A stretch of 64,000 bases of DNA from a virus (lineage: Duplodnaviria; Caudoviricetes): the IMG/VR virus record IMGVR_UViG_3300030943_000011, positions 1,739-65,738 of that record. One strand, written 5' to 3'. Shown piece after piece: positions 10,050 to 17,559 of the stretch. Numbering within the stretch: the stretch's first letter is position 1; every line of letters begins with the position of its first letter. Under the pieces are notes generated by a model. The model saw only the letters and a program-made list of their open reading frames with translations, was not told the DNA's origin and made no database searches. Position numbers and translations under genes: made by a program.

Positions 10050-10772
10050 TCACATGGATCTCTGTTCAGCGGGATTGAAGGTTTTGGATTAGGTGCTGCA
10101 ATGGCTGGAATCAAAACGGTTTTTAGTTGCGAATTTGAAGATTTTCAAACAAGTATTATTAAAAAGAATTTTGGAGATGAACACGAAATCAATAGAGATA
10201 TTAGAACGTATAAAAACCCGCCATTTGTTGACATCATTAGCGGTGGATTCCCTTGCCAGGACATCAGTATTGCTGGAAAAGGTATCGGAATTGGAGGTGA
10301 AAGAAGCGGCTTATGGTCTGAAATGTACCGTATTTGTGGGATCGTTAGACCAAAGTACATTATCATTGAAAACAGCCCAATGCTCCTTGTTCGAGGATTT
10401 GAGCAAGTCCTTTGCGACCTTTCCAAAATCGGGTATTATGCAGAATGGCAATGTTTATCTGGCACCGACTTTGGAATACAACAGGGTAGAGAGCGATTAT
10501 ATTGTATTGCCTACACCAACGAAATCGACAGCAAAAGGAGCTGCACGGAATCGGTATTTCGGAAGCCCTACTTACAGGGGAAATATACACGAGTATATCC
10601 GGGATGGAGAACAAGACAGTCTTTACCCTCACCCCGATTTGCTGGAAAATCTAATGTCATTCCCGATAGGATGGACAGAACTCAGTCAATAGGTAATGCG
10701 GTTCAACCGATAATTTCTCATTATCTTTTTGAATGTATCAAAATGCACTACGCCAAATTAAGTTGTGCATAA
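9975..10772 (+). CDS. Cassette 4 DNA cytosine-5 methyltransferase, main (alpha) chain
   Basis: Motif I SLFSGIEG, IV GGFPCQDIS, VI IENS, VIII QGRERL, X IGNAV; stop codon is the TAA of site 5 TAAC. Confidence 0.92.
   Translation: MKIDTDTVTTCTDTPIAGMRSYAQLSHGSLFSGIEGFGLGAAMAGIKTVFSCEFEDFQTSIIKKNFGDEHEINRDIRTYKNPPFVDIISGGFPCQDISIAGKGIGIGGERSGLWSEMYRICGIVRPKYIIIENSPMLLVRGFEQVLCDLSKIGYYAEWQCLSGTDFGIQQGRERLYCIAYTNEIDSKRSCTESVFRKPYLQGKYTRVYPGWRTRQSLPSPRFAGKSNVIPDRMDRTQSIGNAVQPIISHYLFECIKMHYAKLSCA
10093..10692 (+). CDS. Nested alternative-frame polypeptide, putative methyltransferase beta chain carrying motif IX
   Basis: 199 open codons inside the MTase gene ending LPTPT...LLENLMSFPIGWT (motif IX-like), which the main frame lacks; true start uncertain. 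Confidence 0.7.
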   Translation: MLQWLESKRFLVANLKIFKQVLLKRILEMNTKSIEILERIKTRHLLTSLAVDSLARTSVLLEKVSELEVKEAAYGLKCTVFVGSLDQSTLSLKTAQCSLFEDLSKSFATFPKSGIMQNGNVYLAPTLEYNRVESDYIVLPTPTKSTAKGAARNRYFGSPTYRGNIHEYIRDGEQDSLYPHPDLLENLMSFPIGWTELSQ

Positions 10773-10907
10773 CGGTCTGCAAGTACACGTCAGGGCTGGA
10801 CTACGGGCTGAAACCTTTCTTGTCAGAGCAAAAGACCGGGCGAATAAATGCAGACCGCACCGCACTGCTGCCAGACTTGCGGGTACTTTGCTGTTAACTG
10901 CTGGGCT
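10760..10907. repeat. attC-like site 5
   Basis: AAGTTGTGCATAAC 10760-10773; arms gcaagtacacgtcagggctgg / ccagacttgcgggtactttgc; GTTAACTGCTGGGCT 10893-10907. Confidence 0.85.
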
Positions 10908-11038
10908 TCGTTTTGTATCAATTGTTACAAACAAGTAAAATAATTACGAAATATCGAAAAATAATTGCAAAAAAGCTTGCATGATATTACTATATATCGT
11001 ATCTTTACTTCATCAAACAATCACAAATACAAAACATC

Positions 11039-11332
11039 ATGGCAACTTTAGAAATCGGACAAAAAGGAAAATTAGGAAATGAAGTTTTAACAGTAGTTTC
11101 TTTTGATAACATGACTTTCAAATGCGACAACGGCAAAATGTACATGATTGCAACTGCAAAATGGATGACTGAAGGAATTGAAACAGCAGCCCCAAAAGCA
11201 AAGAAAGTAAGAAAATACAACGCAGCTCCCGAAAATTATTTATCAGAAATGACAAGAGAAGAATCAGATAGAGCTGAAGCATACATGGCAAATGCAAAAT
11301 TCAGACAAGCAGGTAGCTCATTAAGAAAATAA
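11039..11332 (+). CDS. Cassette 5 hypothetical protein (paralog of 6609-6902)
   Basis: Near-identical duplicate. Confidence 0.85.
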   Translation: MATLEIGQKGKLGNEVLTVVSFDNMTFKCDNGKMYMIATAKWMTEGIETAAPKAKKVRKYNAAPENYLSEMTREESDRAEAYMANAKFRQAGSSLRK

Positions 11333-11362
11333 TAACCATTATAACCATTAAAACCATTTAAA

Positions 11363-11611
11363 ATGAAAACTTACTTATTGATCAAAACAAAAGCTGGCGA
11401 ACGCAAAGGAACTGAAATTTCAAATTTCATTGGTGAAAATGAAAATGATCCTAAAATGTTGAAGGAAACTGAAACCTACCTTCGCGCCTGGTTGGATAGT
11501 TACAACAACAGCCTGACACTTGAAGAGATTGACAGACTGTTTGAAAATTTTGAAGGTAGTTTCTCTTATGACGTTTGGAATTTTGAATTAATCGAAGAAA
11601 ATGAAAATTAA
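11363..11611 (+). CDS. Cassette 5 hypothetical acidic protein (paralog of 8031-8276)
   Basis: Duplicate with diverged middle. Confidence 0.8.
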   Translation: MKTYLLIKTKAGERKGTEISNFIGENENDPKMLKETETYLRAWLDSYNNSLTLEEIDRLFENFEGSFSYDVWNFELIEENEN

Positions 11612-11798
11612 CGAAGCCATCAAGGCTGCAAGAATTGAGCAAAATATAACTCAAAAAGAACTTGCCGAAAAAATTGAAGTTCGCAAAGCCACAATTTCAG
11701 AGTTCGAGAGCGGAAAACATGCTCTCGGCTCTGACAAGCTCGAAGCGATAATGAACGCTTTAAATCTGACTTTTTCAAAATGCACGGACGCAAATTAG
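11601..11798 (+). CDS. XRE-family HTH regulator (cassette 5)
   Basis: Identical to 8266-8463 product except at the C-terminal tail. Confidence 0.9.
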   Translation: MKINEAIKAARIEQNITQKELAEKIEVRKATISEFESGKHALGSDKLEAIMNALNLTFSKCTDAN

Positions 11799-11862
11799 CC
11801 TTGCAGTTAACTACTATATGTATTTTATTCTCACAACAAACTAACATTTAAAACTTTACAGC
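11797..11862. other. attI-like terminal half-site
   Basis: AGCCTTGCAGTTAAC (cassette 5 end) followed by non-hairpin AT-rich sequence, 51 bp before the recombinase ATG. Confidence 0.6.
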
Positions 11863-12696
11863 ATGAACATCGGAAACTATCAACGGCAACTTTCCGACTG
11901 GATGAAGTACAAAAAATACTCTCCGGAAAGCATAAGCAATTACGTTTCTTGTATCGGTAAGTTTCTCAAATATTTTGAAGATGAAGCAACAAAACCGAGT
12001 GAGATTTCTGCTGTTCAGATTAAAAAGTTTCTATCAACAAAACAGCAAGTAAATACTCATAAGGCTTATTTGTGTGCAATAAAGTTGTTTTACGAAAAGG
12101 TTGGACATCAACCGAGAAAGCTCGATAATGTTGAATATCCACGATCTGAAAAGAAATTGCCAATTGTTTTGAGTCAGGATGAAATACAAAAAATGTTTGA
12201 TGTTTGCGAAAACCTTAAACACCGCACTATTTTAGCATTGATTTACTCCTGTGGGTTGCGTGTTTCTGAAGTAATAAATCTGCAATGGAGTCACATCGAC
12301 TGCAGCCGAATGATAATCAACATTATTTGCGCAAAAGGGCGCAAAGACCGACAAATTGCATTACCCGAAACCATAATACCACTACTGAAAAGTTATTACA
12401 AAGAATATCACACTGAAAAATATGTTTTGAATGGTCAGTTTGGATTAAAATATTCAGACAGAAGCGTACTAGAGGTAATGAAGCAATTAGCCGCAAAATC
12501 AAAAATTAAAAAGCGAGTTTACACTCATCTTATCAGGCATAGCACATTTACGCACATGGTTGAGCAGGGCACAGACATAAACCTCATTCAGCGAATTGCA
12601 GGCCACAACAATGTTAAAACAACGATGCTCTATTGTCATCTTTCTGATAATCTTATCAGCAGAATACAATCACCAATTTCTAACATTAGAATTTGA
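11863..12696 (+). CDS. Tyrosine recombinase (XerD/IntI-like, 277 aa), candidate cassette integrase
   Basis: N-terminal SAM-like region; GLRVSE, AKGRKDR, HLIRH, AGH, TMLY = complete R-K-H-R-H-Y set. Confidence 0.93.
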   Translation: MNIGNYQRQLSDWMKYKKYSPESISNYVSCIGKFLKYFEDEATKPSEISAVQIKKFLSTKQQVNTHKAYLCAIKLFYEKVGHQPRKLDNVEYPRSEKKLPIVLSQDEIQKMFDVCENLKHRTILALIYSCGLRVSEVINLQWSHIDCSRMIINIICAKGRKDRQIALPETIIPLLKSYYKEYHTEKYVLNGQFGLKYSDRSVLEVMKQLAAKSKIKKRVYTHLIRHSTFTHMVEQGTDINLIQRIAGHNNVKTTMLYCHLSDNLISRIQSPISNIRI

Positions 12697-12735
12697 TTCA
12701 AGTATTGGAGTTGTTGAACTAAAATCGTTATTAAC

Positions 12736-12766
12736 AAAAGCCTGTTCGTAGTTGAGCAGGCTTTTT
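12736..12766 (+). terminator. Intrinsic terminator closing array/recombinase unit
   Basis: aaaagcctgttc gtagtt gagcaggcttttt. Confidence 0.8.
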
Positions 12767-12852
12767 ATGTTTTTCGAACCATACATATTAAAATTAATTT
12801 CTATATTGTAACCGCTTCATTCACCGTGTTAATCCTATAACGCGATGTAAAA

Positions 12853-13422
12853 ATGACTTCACCCGATAAATTTGTAGTTTCCATACCAGTTAAGCCTTAC
12901 GTAAAGCGCTTTATCGAATTGAACTACGGTTTACCTGCAGATTTCACCAATCACCCCGAAATTCACAAGGTTGTATGCCGCTCGTTAAAGAAACCGCGCA
13001 CTCAGTATGATAAACAATTTGAAAATAAATTGTGTACTTACACTGAAACAATTGAAATTGTAATATCACAGCGAGATTTCTACCGTTACGGTTGGGAGTT
13101 CTCGCGCACTGATGTGGTTGAATTTGGAAAGTCATTTGAATCAATCATTAAATGTAACATGCACAATGTGGTGAATATTTACCGGGGTGTTGGACTATCG
13201 ATTAAAGACAGCATCCAGAAATACCAGGTGCATTATAAAATGGAAGAAGAATACTGGCCTTATGAGTCGATCAAGAAAGAATATTACCGCCGTAGGCCGG
13301 TAAACCAGATTGATTTTTTTGTTGAGATTATTGGTAAAATAGACGAATTATTTATGCTCACATTGTCCCGCAAAAAGGACAATGTGACACCAAAAAAAAT
13401 AGAATATGAAACAGTTGAATAA
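12853..13422 (+). CDS. Putative transcriptional regulator (candidate late-gene activator)
   Basis: 189-aa basic protein immediately before the structural genes; function by position only. Confidence 0.45.
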   Translation: MTSPDKFVVSIPVKPYVKRFIELNYGLPADFTNHPEIHKVVCRSLKKPRTQYDKQFENKLCTYTETIEIVISQRDFYRYGWEFSRTDVVEFGKSFESIIKCNMHNVVNIYRGVGLSIKDSIQKYQVHYKMEEEYWPYESIKKEYYRRRPVNQIDFFVEIIGKIDELFMLTLSRKKDNVTPKKIEYETVE

Positions 13423-13864
13423 GCCTTCAGACAACATGGGTGGACTCCTGAAAATTTGGGCGGTTCCACCAACCGATATCATCATCGGAATCGACTCCGT
13501 CAGTTTTTCATCTCAGGATGATATCGTCGAAATGTATTGCTCACCAGGGAGCATGTCGTTTACCGAAAAAGAAAACAACACCCAATCGGGATTGAGCTAC
13601 AAAACCGAATTGAACGCTTTTGTACCGAAGGACTCACCCGAAGCCCAAATCATTATTGAAGGTATGTCTGGCCGGAAATGGATCGTGGTTTATCTCGATC
13701 AGAATGAACAGTATAAAGTGGCCGGAACAGTTGATATCCCCTTGCGTGTTGCTTTCGATCTGAACACCGGTTCTGATACTCCCGAACGCAACGGGCATAG
13801 CGTTTCGTTTTACGGCACCCAGCTGTCGAAGGCGAAGTTTATCAGTAATCCATTTGCTGAATAA
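13406..13864 (+). CDS. Virion structural protein, paralog of 16422-16976
   Basis: Shared NMGG N-terminus and (I/F)(V/I)V.D...QY/KY..G pattern. Confidence 0.6.
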   Translation: MKQLNKPSDNMGGLLKIWAVPPTDIIIGIDSVSFSSQDDIVEMYCSPGSMSFTEKENNTQSGLSYKTELNAFVPKDSPEAQIIIEGMSGRKWIVVYLDQNEQYKVAGTVDIPLRVAFDLNTGSDTPERNGHSVSFYGTQLSKAKFISNPFAE

Positions 13865-13903
13865 GCCGAAAACCTCGTGTTTTCTGCTTTTACAGGCGGT
13901 CGA

Positions 13904-13939
13904 TGTCCTTTCGACCGCCTTTTTTGTGCCCTAAACTTG
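13904..13939 (+). promoter_or_regulatory. Late promoter motif copy 1
   Basis: TGTCCTTTC-N19-TAAACTTG before prohead protease. Confidence 0.75.
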
Positions 13940-13957
13940 CTGAAAATACAGCAAGTT

Positions 13958-15355
13958 ATGAACTATTTATTCTTAAAAGATATAGTAAGCAGCCCCTGGC
14001 AGGTCGATGCAAACACGTTCAGGTCGTTGCTTCCCATCTTCAGGGGATTCATGGCAGGAGCCAGCATCGAGAAAGCCGAAGAGCCCGAATACTATAAACC
14101 TTATTCCATTTCAGCAGCTGATAAGTCAACGGTTATGGGTTACTATGCCGACGATCAGCCCGAGTTAATGGATCAGGAGCCAGAGAAAGAAAAGGTAGTG
14201 AATGTTTTGCCAATCCGCTCGGTATTGACAAAACATGATCAGGAATGCGGACCGCGAGGAACCCGCACCTATGCTAATCGCTTGTTTCGTGCCGATGCCG
14301 AAGAAAACGTAATCGGTCACATTATAGTTATGGAATCAGGCGGCGGTCAGGCTATTGCTGTTCCTGAATTAACCGATGCTATCCTGAAATGTAAAAAGCC
14401 AATTATTACCTGGGTCGACGGTATGGCCTGTTCGGCCGCTTATTACATTGCCAGCTATACCAAAGAAATTATTGCCAGTCGCGCTAATGATATCATTGGC
14501 TGTATTGGTACTATGGCCGTTTACGAAGGTCGTAAAAGCAAGTCTGAAGAAAATGAAGATGGTGAAATTCAAGTAACGATTTACGCCGATGGCTCAGAGG
14601 AGAAAAACGAAGAGTATACCAGAGCAATCGATGAATTTGATTTTACCCTCGTTAAAGTCCGTTTTTTAAATCCATTGAATGACAAATTTAAAACAGACGT
14701 TACCGGCAATCGATCAGCAGTAAAACCTGAACAGTTGAAAGGCCGCAGTTATTTCGCTTCTGACTGTGTTGGAACGCTCGTTGATTCGATTGGCGAATTC
14801 AGTGTAGCCATGGATCGCATTATTGCACTGGCCGACTTCAAACCCACCAAAAAAACAAGTAATCAAAATAATAAAGTAACACTTAATTCATTTATTCCCA
14901 TGAAGAAACAATTCGTGAATGTGAATAAAGTGTTGAATGTGGAAACTTTGGAAGCTACCGAAGAAGGCGTATTCCTCAATGAGGACCAGCTGGAGTTGGT
15001 AGATAGCCAAATTGCACAGATTGACACTTTAACCAGCGAACACGCAACGGCTATTAACGCTGTTACTGCTGAACTTGCTACGGCAACCGAAAGCATAACT
15101 GCAGTAACTGCCGAACGCGATACCGCCCGTAACGAACTTACCAATGCTTTGAATCCGTTCAACGCCATTGATCCTACCATTGCCAGCGCTGAAACTCCTG
15201 AAGCAAAAGTTCAGGCTATCCGCACACTGTTGGCTGCTAAACCGGGAGCTGCTCCTGCTCAAAATTTGGGCAGTACCGATCCGATTACTGAAGAAGTTGA
15301 TTGGGAAGCCATCGACAATCTTCCGCACAACAAAGCTGTTGACGCAAACATTTAA
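13958..15355 (+). CDS. S49-family prohead protease with C-terminal scaffold
   Basis: ESGGG, MACSAAYYIAS, IGCIGT motifs; Ala/Thr/Glu coiled-coil tail; start moved to ATG 13958 downstream of promoter motif. Confidence 0.88.
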   Translation: MNYLFLKDIVSSPWQVDANTFRSLLPIFRGFMAGASIEKAEEPEYYKPYSISAADKSTVMGYYADDQPELMDQEPEKEKVVNVLPIRSVLTKHDQECGPRGTRTYANRLFRADAEENVIGHIIVMESGGGQAIAVPELTDAILKCKKPIITWVDGMACSAAYYIASYTKEIIASRANDIIGCIGTMAVYEGRKSKSEENEDGEIQVTIYADGSEEKNEEYTRAIDEFDFTLVKVRFLNPLNDKFKTDVTGNRSAVKPEQLKGRSYFASDCVGTLVDSIGEFSVAMDRIIALADFKPTKKTSNQNNKVTLNSFIPMKKQFVNVNKVLNVETLEATEEGVFLNEDQLELVDSQIAQIDTLTSEHATAINAVTAELATATESITAVTAERDTARNELTNALNPFNAIDPTIASAETPEAKVQAIRTLLAAKPGAAPAQNLGSTDPITEEVDWEAIDNLPHNKAVDANI

Positions 15356-15367
15356 TCCTTAATAGCC

Positions 15368-16333
15368 ATGACAATCACTACTTCTGCTATCGTATCAGAG
15401 TATGGCGCTTATTATCAGGATGCCGGACAAAACAAGAAACGCATTCTTACCATGCTCTCTCAGGGCCGCGAAATCGTCGATCTCGCCACCCCAATCAAAA
15501 CGGATGACACTATCTTCCGTTTAGCCAATGCAAGCTTTCGCTCGCTGGTGCAACCCTTCCAAAAAGCATTCACTCCAAAAGGTGGTGTTGAAATCGTTCC
15601 AAACGAAATCCGCGTATTCCGTTTCAAAATCGACGATGAATTCATGCCCGACGAATTGTACGGTACCTGGTTGGGTTTCCTTGCAAAAGGTGGTCTCGAC
15701 CGCAAAGAATGGCCATTTGTAAAATGGTTGATCGAAGTGTACTACAATCGCCAGATTGATCAGGACATGGAACTGAAAGAGTACTACAAAGGCGTTTATG
15801 CTGCTCCTGCCAATGGTGTTGCCGGTATCGACGGAACAGGTATGGATGGTTTGAAAAAACAACTTCAGGCTGGAGTTGATGCTGAAACCATAAATTCAAT
15901 CAATATCGGTCCATTAGACGAAGCCAACATCTTCGATCAGGTGGAAGAATTCACCGATAAAATTTCTGAAATCTATCAGGGTGTGCAAATGGATGTTTGC
16001 ATGAGCAAATATTGGGTAAAGAAATACCTTCAGGACAAACGTTCACAAGGTTTCTACATCAAGAAAGGCGACAACGAAATCACTACCGGTGTCGACTTTA
16101 CTCCGATGAATGTAAAAGGTTTGGCCTCTATGGTTGGAACCAACGACATTTTCTGTACTCCAACTGAAAACTTCCTACACCTCTCTCCAATCACTTCCAC
16201 CAAAAACAGCTGGAAAATTGAAGAAGCCAAACGTGCCGTAGCCGTTATGGGCGACTGGGCCGAAGGTTTAGGTTTTGGTATCAACCAAGCTGTATGGACT
16301 AACATCCGACCAACCGGATCGGGTTCAAACTAA
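15368..16333 (+). CDS. Major capsid protein
   Basis: 321 aa directly after protease-scaffold; strongly biased codons; positional inference. Confidence 0.75.
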   Translation: MTITTSAIVSEYGAYYQDAGQNKKRILTMLSQGREIVDLATPIKTDDTIFRLANASFRSLVQPFQKAFTPKGGVEIVPNEIRVFRFKIDDEFMPDELYGTWLGFLAKGGLDRKEWPFVKWLIEVYYNRQIDQDMELKEYYKGVYAAPANGVAGIDGTGMDGLKKQLQAGVDAETINSINIGPLDEANIFDQVEEFTDKISEIYQGVQMDVCMSKYWVKKYLQDKRSQGFYIKKGDNEITTGVDFTPMNVKGLASMVGTNDIFCTPTENFLHLSPITSTKNSWKIEEAKRAVAVMGDWAEGLGFGINQAVWTNIRPTGSGSN

Positions 16334-16421
16334 GATAATTTTCTATCAGCCGTTGCCTGAGTATGTCGAAGGCATAGGCTGGTAGAAATAATCACTCACC
16401 TTCAATAAAAAAGGAAATATC

Positions 16422-16976
16422 ATGTCAATCGAATTTACTGATATCAATAAGAACCTTCCCAATGGCGAGAACATGGGCGGGATCAATCAGAAAGTGTATT
16501 TTGGATTTCATGCTGATGTAGCCTCATGGCCAACTAAGCCAGTTAATCCACTTACGCTCGAAGCTAACGCAACTCTTACAGGCGATTTGACCATGAAAAC
16601 AGGCAAACGCATGTTCGAATTGTACATTACCGACGACACCGGCGAATTCAACATTGAAACGGTTGGTGAAGTTGATGCTAAATCGTTCGTTCAGCACCTG
16701 AACTTCTTCCATCCAGGACTGCAAAAGAAAATCCTCGGATTTATGAACGCAGCTAAAAACGATAACCTGGTGTTTATCGTGGTCGATGCTGAAGGTCAAA
16801 AATACCTGATGGGCGATTCGATGCGTCCGGCAACTTATCAGGGGGCTCCTGATGGTAACGGAACCGGTAAAGAAACTGCTGCCCGTAAGGGTATGAGTGC
16901 TGAATTCACCTACAAAACTGCAAACAACCATGTTTACGGTGGAAGTATTCCTCTGACTGAATCCGTAAGTGGGTAA
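16422..16976 (+). CDS. Putative major tail tube protein
   Basis: 184 aa, beta-rich, highly biased codons, follows capsid gene. Confidence 0.6.
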   Translation: MSIEFTDINKNLPNGENMGGINQKVYFGFHADVASWPTKPVNPLTLEANATLTGDLTMKTGKRMFELYITDDTGEFNIETVGEVDAKSFVQHLNFFHPGLQKKILGFMNAAKNDNLVFIVVDAEGQKYLMGDSMRPATYQGAPDGNGTGKETAARKGMSAEFTYKTANNHVYGGSIPLTESVSG

Positions 16977-17277
16977 CACCATGTGGACCAAATATTTTAA
17001 AATGATCGGAATTCGCCGTGGCAGGGTAATCACTCCCCGCCATGGCGAAATCGATTTTAGCAGGGATGACATTTCAATTGAAATATGTCAACAGCTCTAC
17101 GAAGAAGATTTTCCCTATCTGGCAATCACCGAAGAAGGTAAAAAAGAATTGTACGGTGCTGAACCCGATTTAGTAGTTTCAGAATCGGATCCCGTTTTTG
17201 AACATTTGCCACCGGCCGAAGAAAATCCCGATGAATTGAAAACCTCAATTCCCATTAAAAGAAAATACAAAAAGTAA
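16969..17277 (+). CDS. Hypothetical phage protein
   Basis: Overlaps previous gene, followed by terminator. Confidence 0.7.
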   Translation: MGNTMWTKYFKMIGIRRGRVITPRHGEIDFSRDDISIEICQQLYEEDFPYLAITEEGKKELYGAEPDLVVSESDPVFEHLPPAEENPDELKTSIPIKRKYKK

Positions 17278-17303
17278 AGCTCCGAATAATCGGGGCTTTT
17301 TTT
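17276..17303 (+). terminator. Intrinsic terminator
   Basis: aaagctccga ataa tcggggcttttttt. Confidence 0.8.
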
Positions 17304-17312
17304 ATGACCGTT

Positions 17313-17348
17313 TGTCCTTTCTGCTCGTTTTTCTGCGCCTTTTCTTTA
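17313..17348 (+). promoter_or_regulatory. Late promoter motif copy 2 (weak -7 box)
   Basis: TGTCCTTTC-N19-TTTCTTTA. Confidence 0.55.
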
Positions 17349-17370
17349 CCTGAAATTAAACAAGCATAGC

Positions 17371-17559
17371 ATGAATAGTGATAAAAGAGAATTCAACATG
17401 TTTAAAGGCGATGGATTTCCCCTAATCGCGATTACTCCTGAACGCAATTCGAAATGCAAGTGTGGAAGCGGCAAAAAAACAAAAAATTGCTGTGGAGTTA
17501 AAACACAGGTTTTCTCTACGAAGACCGAAAGGGTAACCAAGCGTAAAAAGAAACCATGA
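17371..17559 (+). CDS. SEC-C motif small protein
   Basis: RNSKCKCGSGKKTKNCC matches SEC-C zinc-binding motif. Confidence 0.8.
   Translation: MNSDKREFNMFKGDGFPLIAITPERNSKCKCGSGKKTKNCCGVKTQVFSTKTERVTKRKKKP

Larger units (their letters stand above)
6342..12696 (+). mobile_element. Integron-like gene-cassette array with downstream tyrosine recombinase
   Basis: Five TAAC...GTTA hairpin sites of 122-125 bp; five cassettes with self-complementary ends; terminal half-site at 11797-11811; recombinase at 11863. Confidence 0.85.

Noticed and set aside
6342-11811. CRISPR array or plain terminators as explanation of the repeats
   Set aside because: Units are 122-125 bp hairpins separated by whole genes, with no U-tails and no cas genes; cassette-specific complementary ends fit recombination sites
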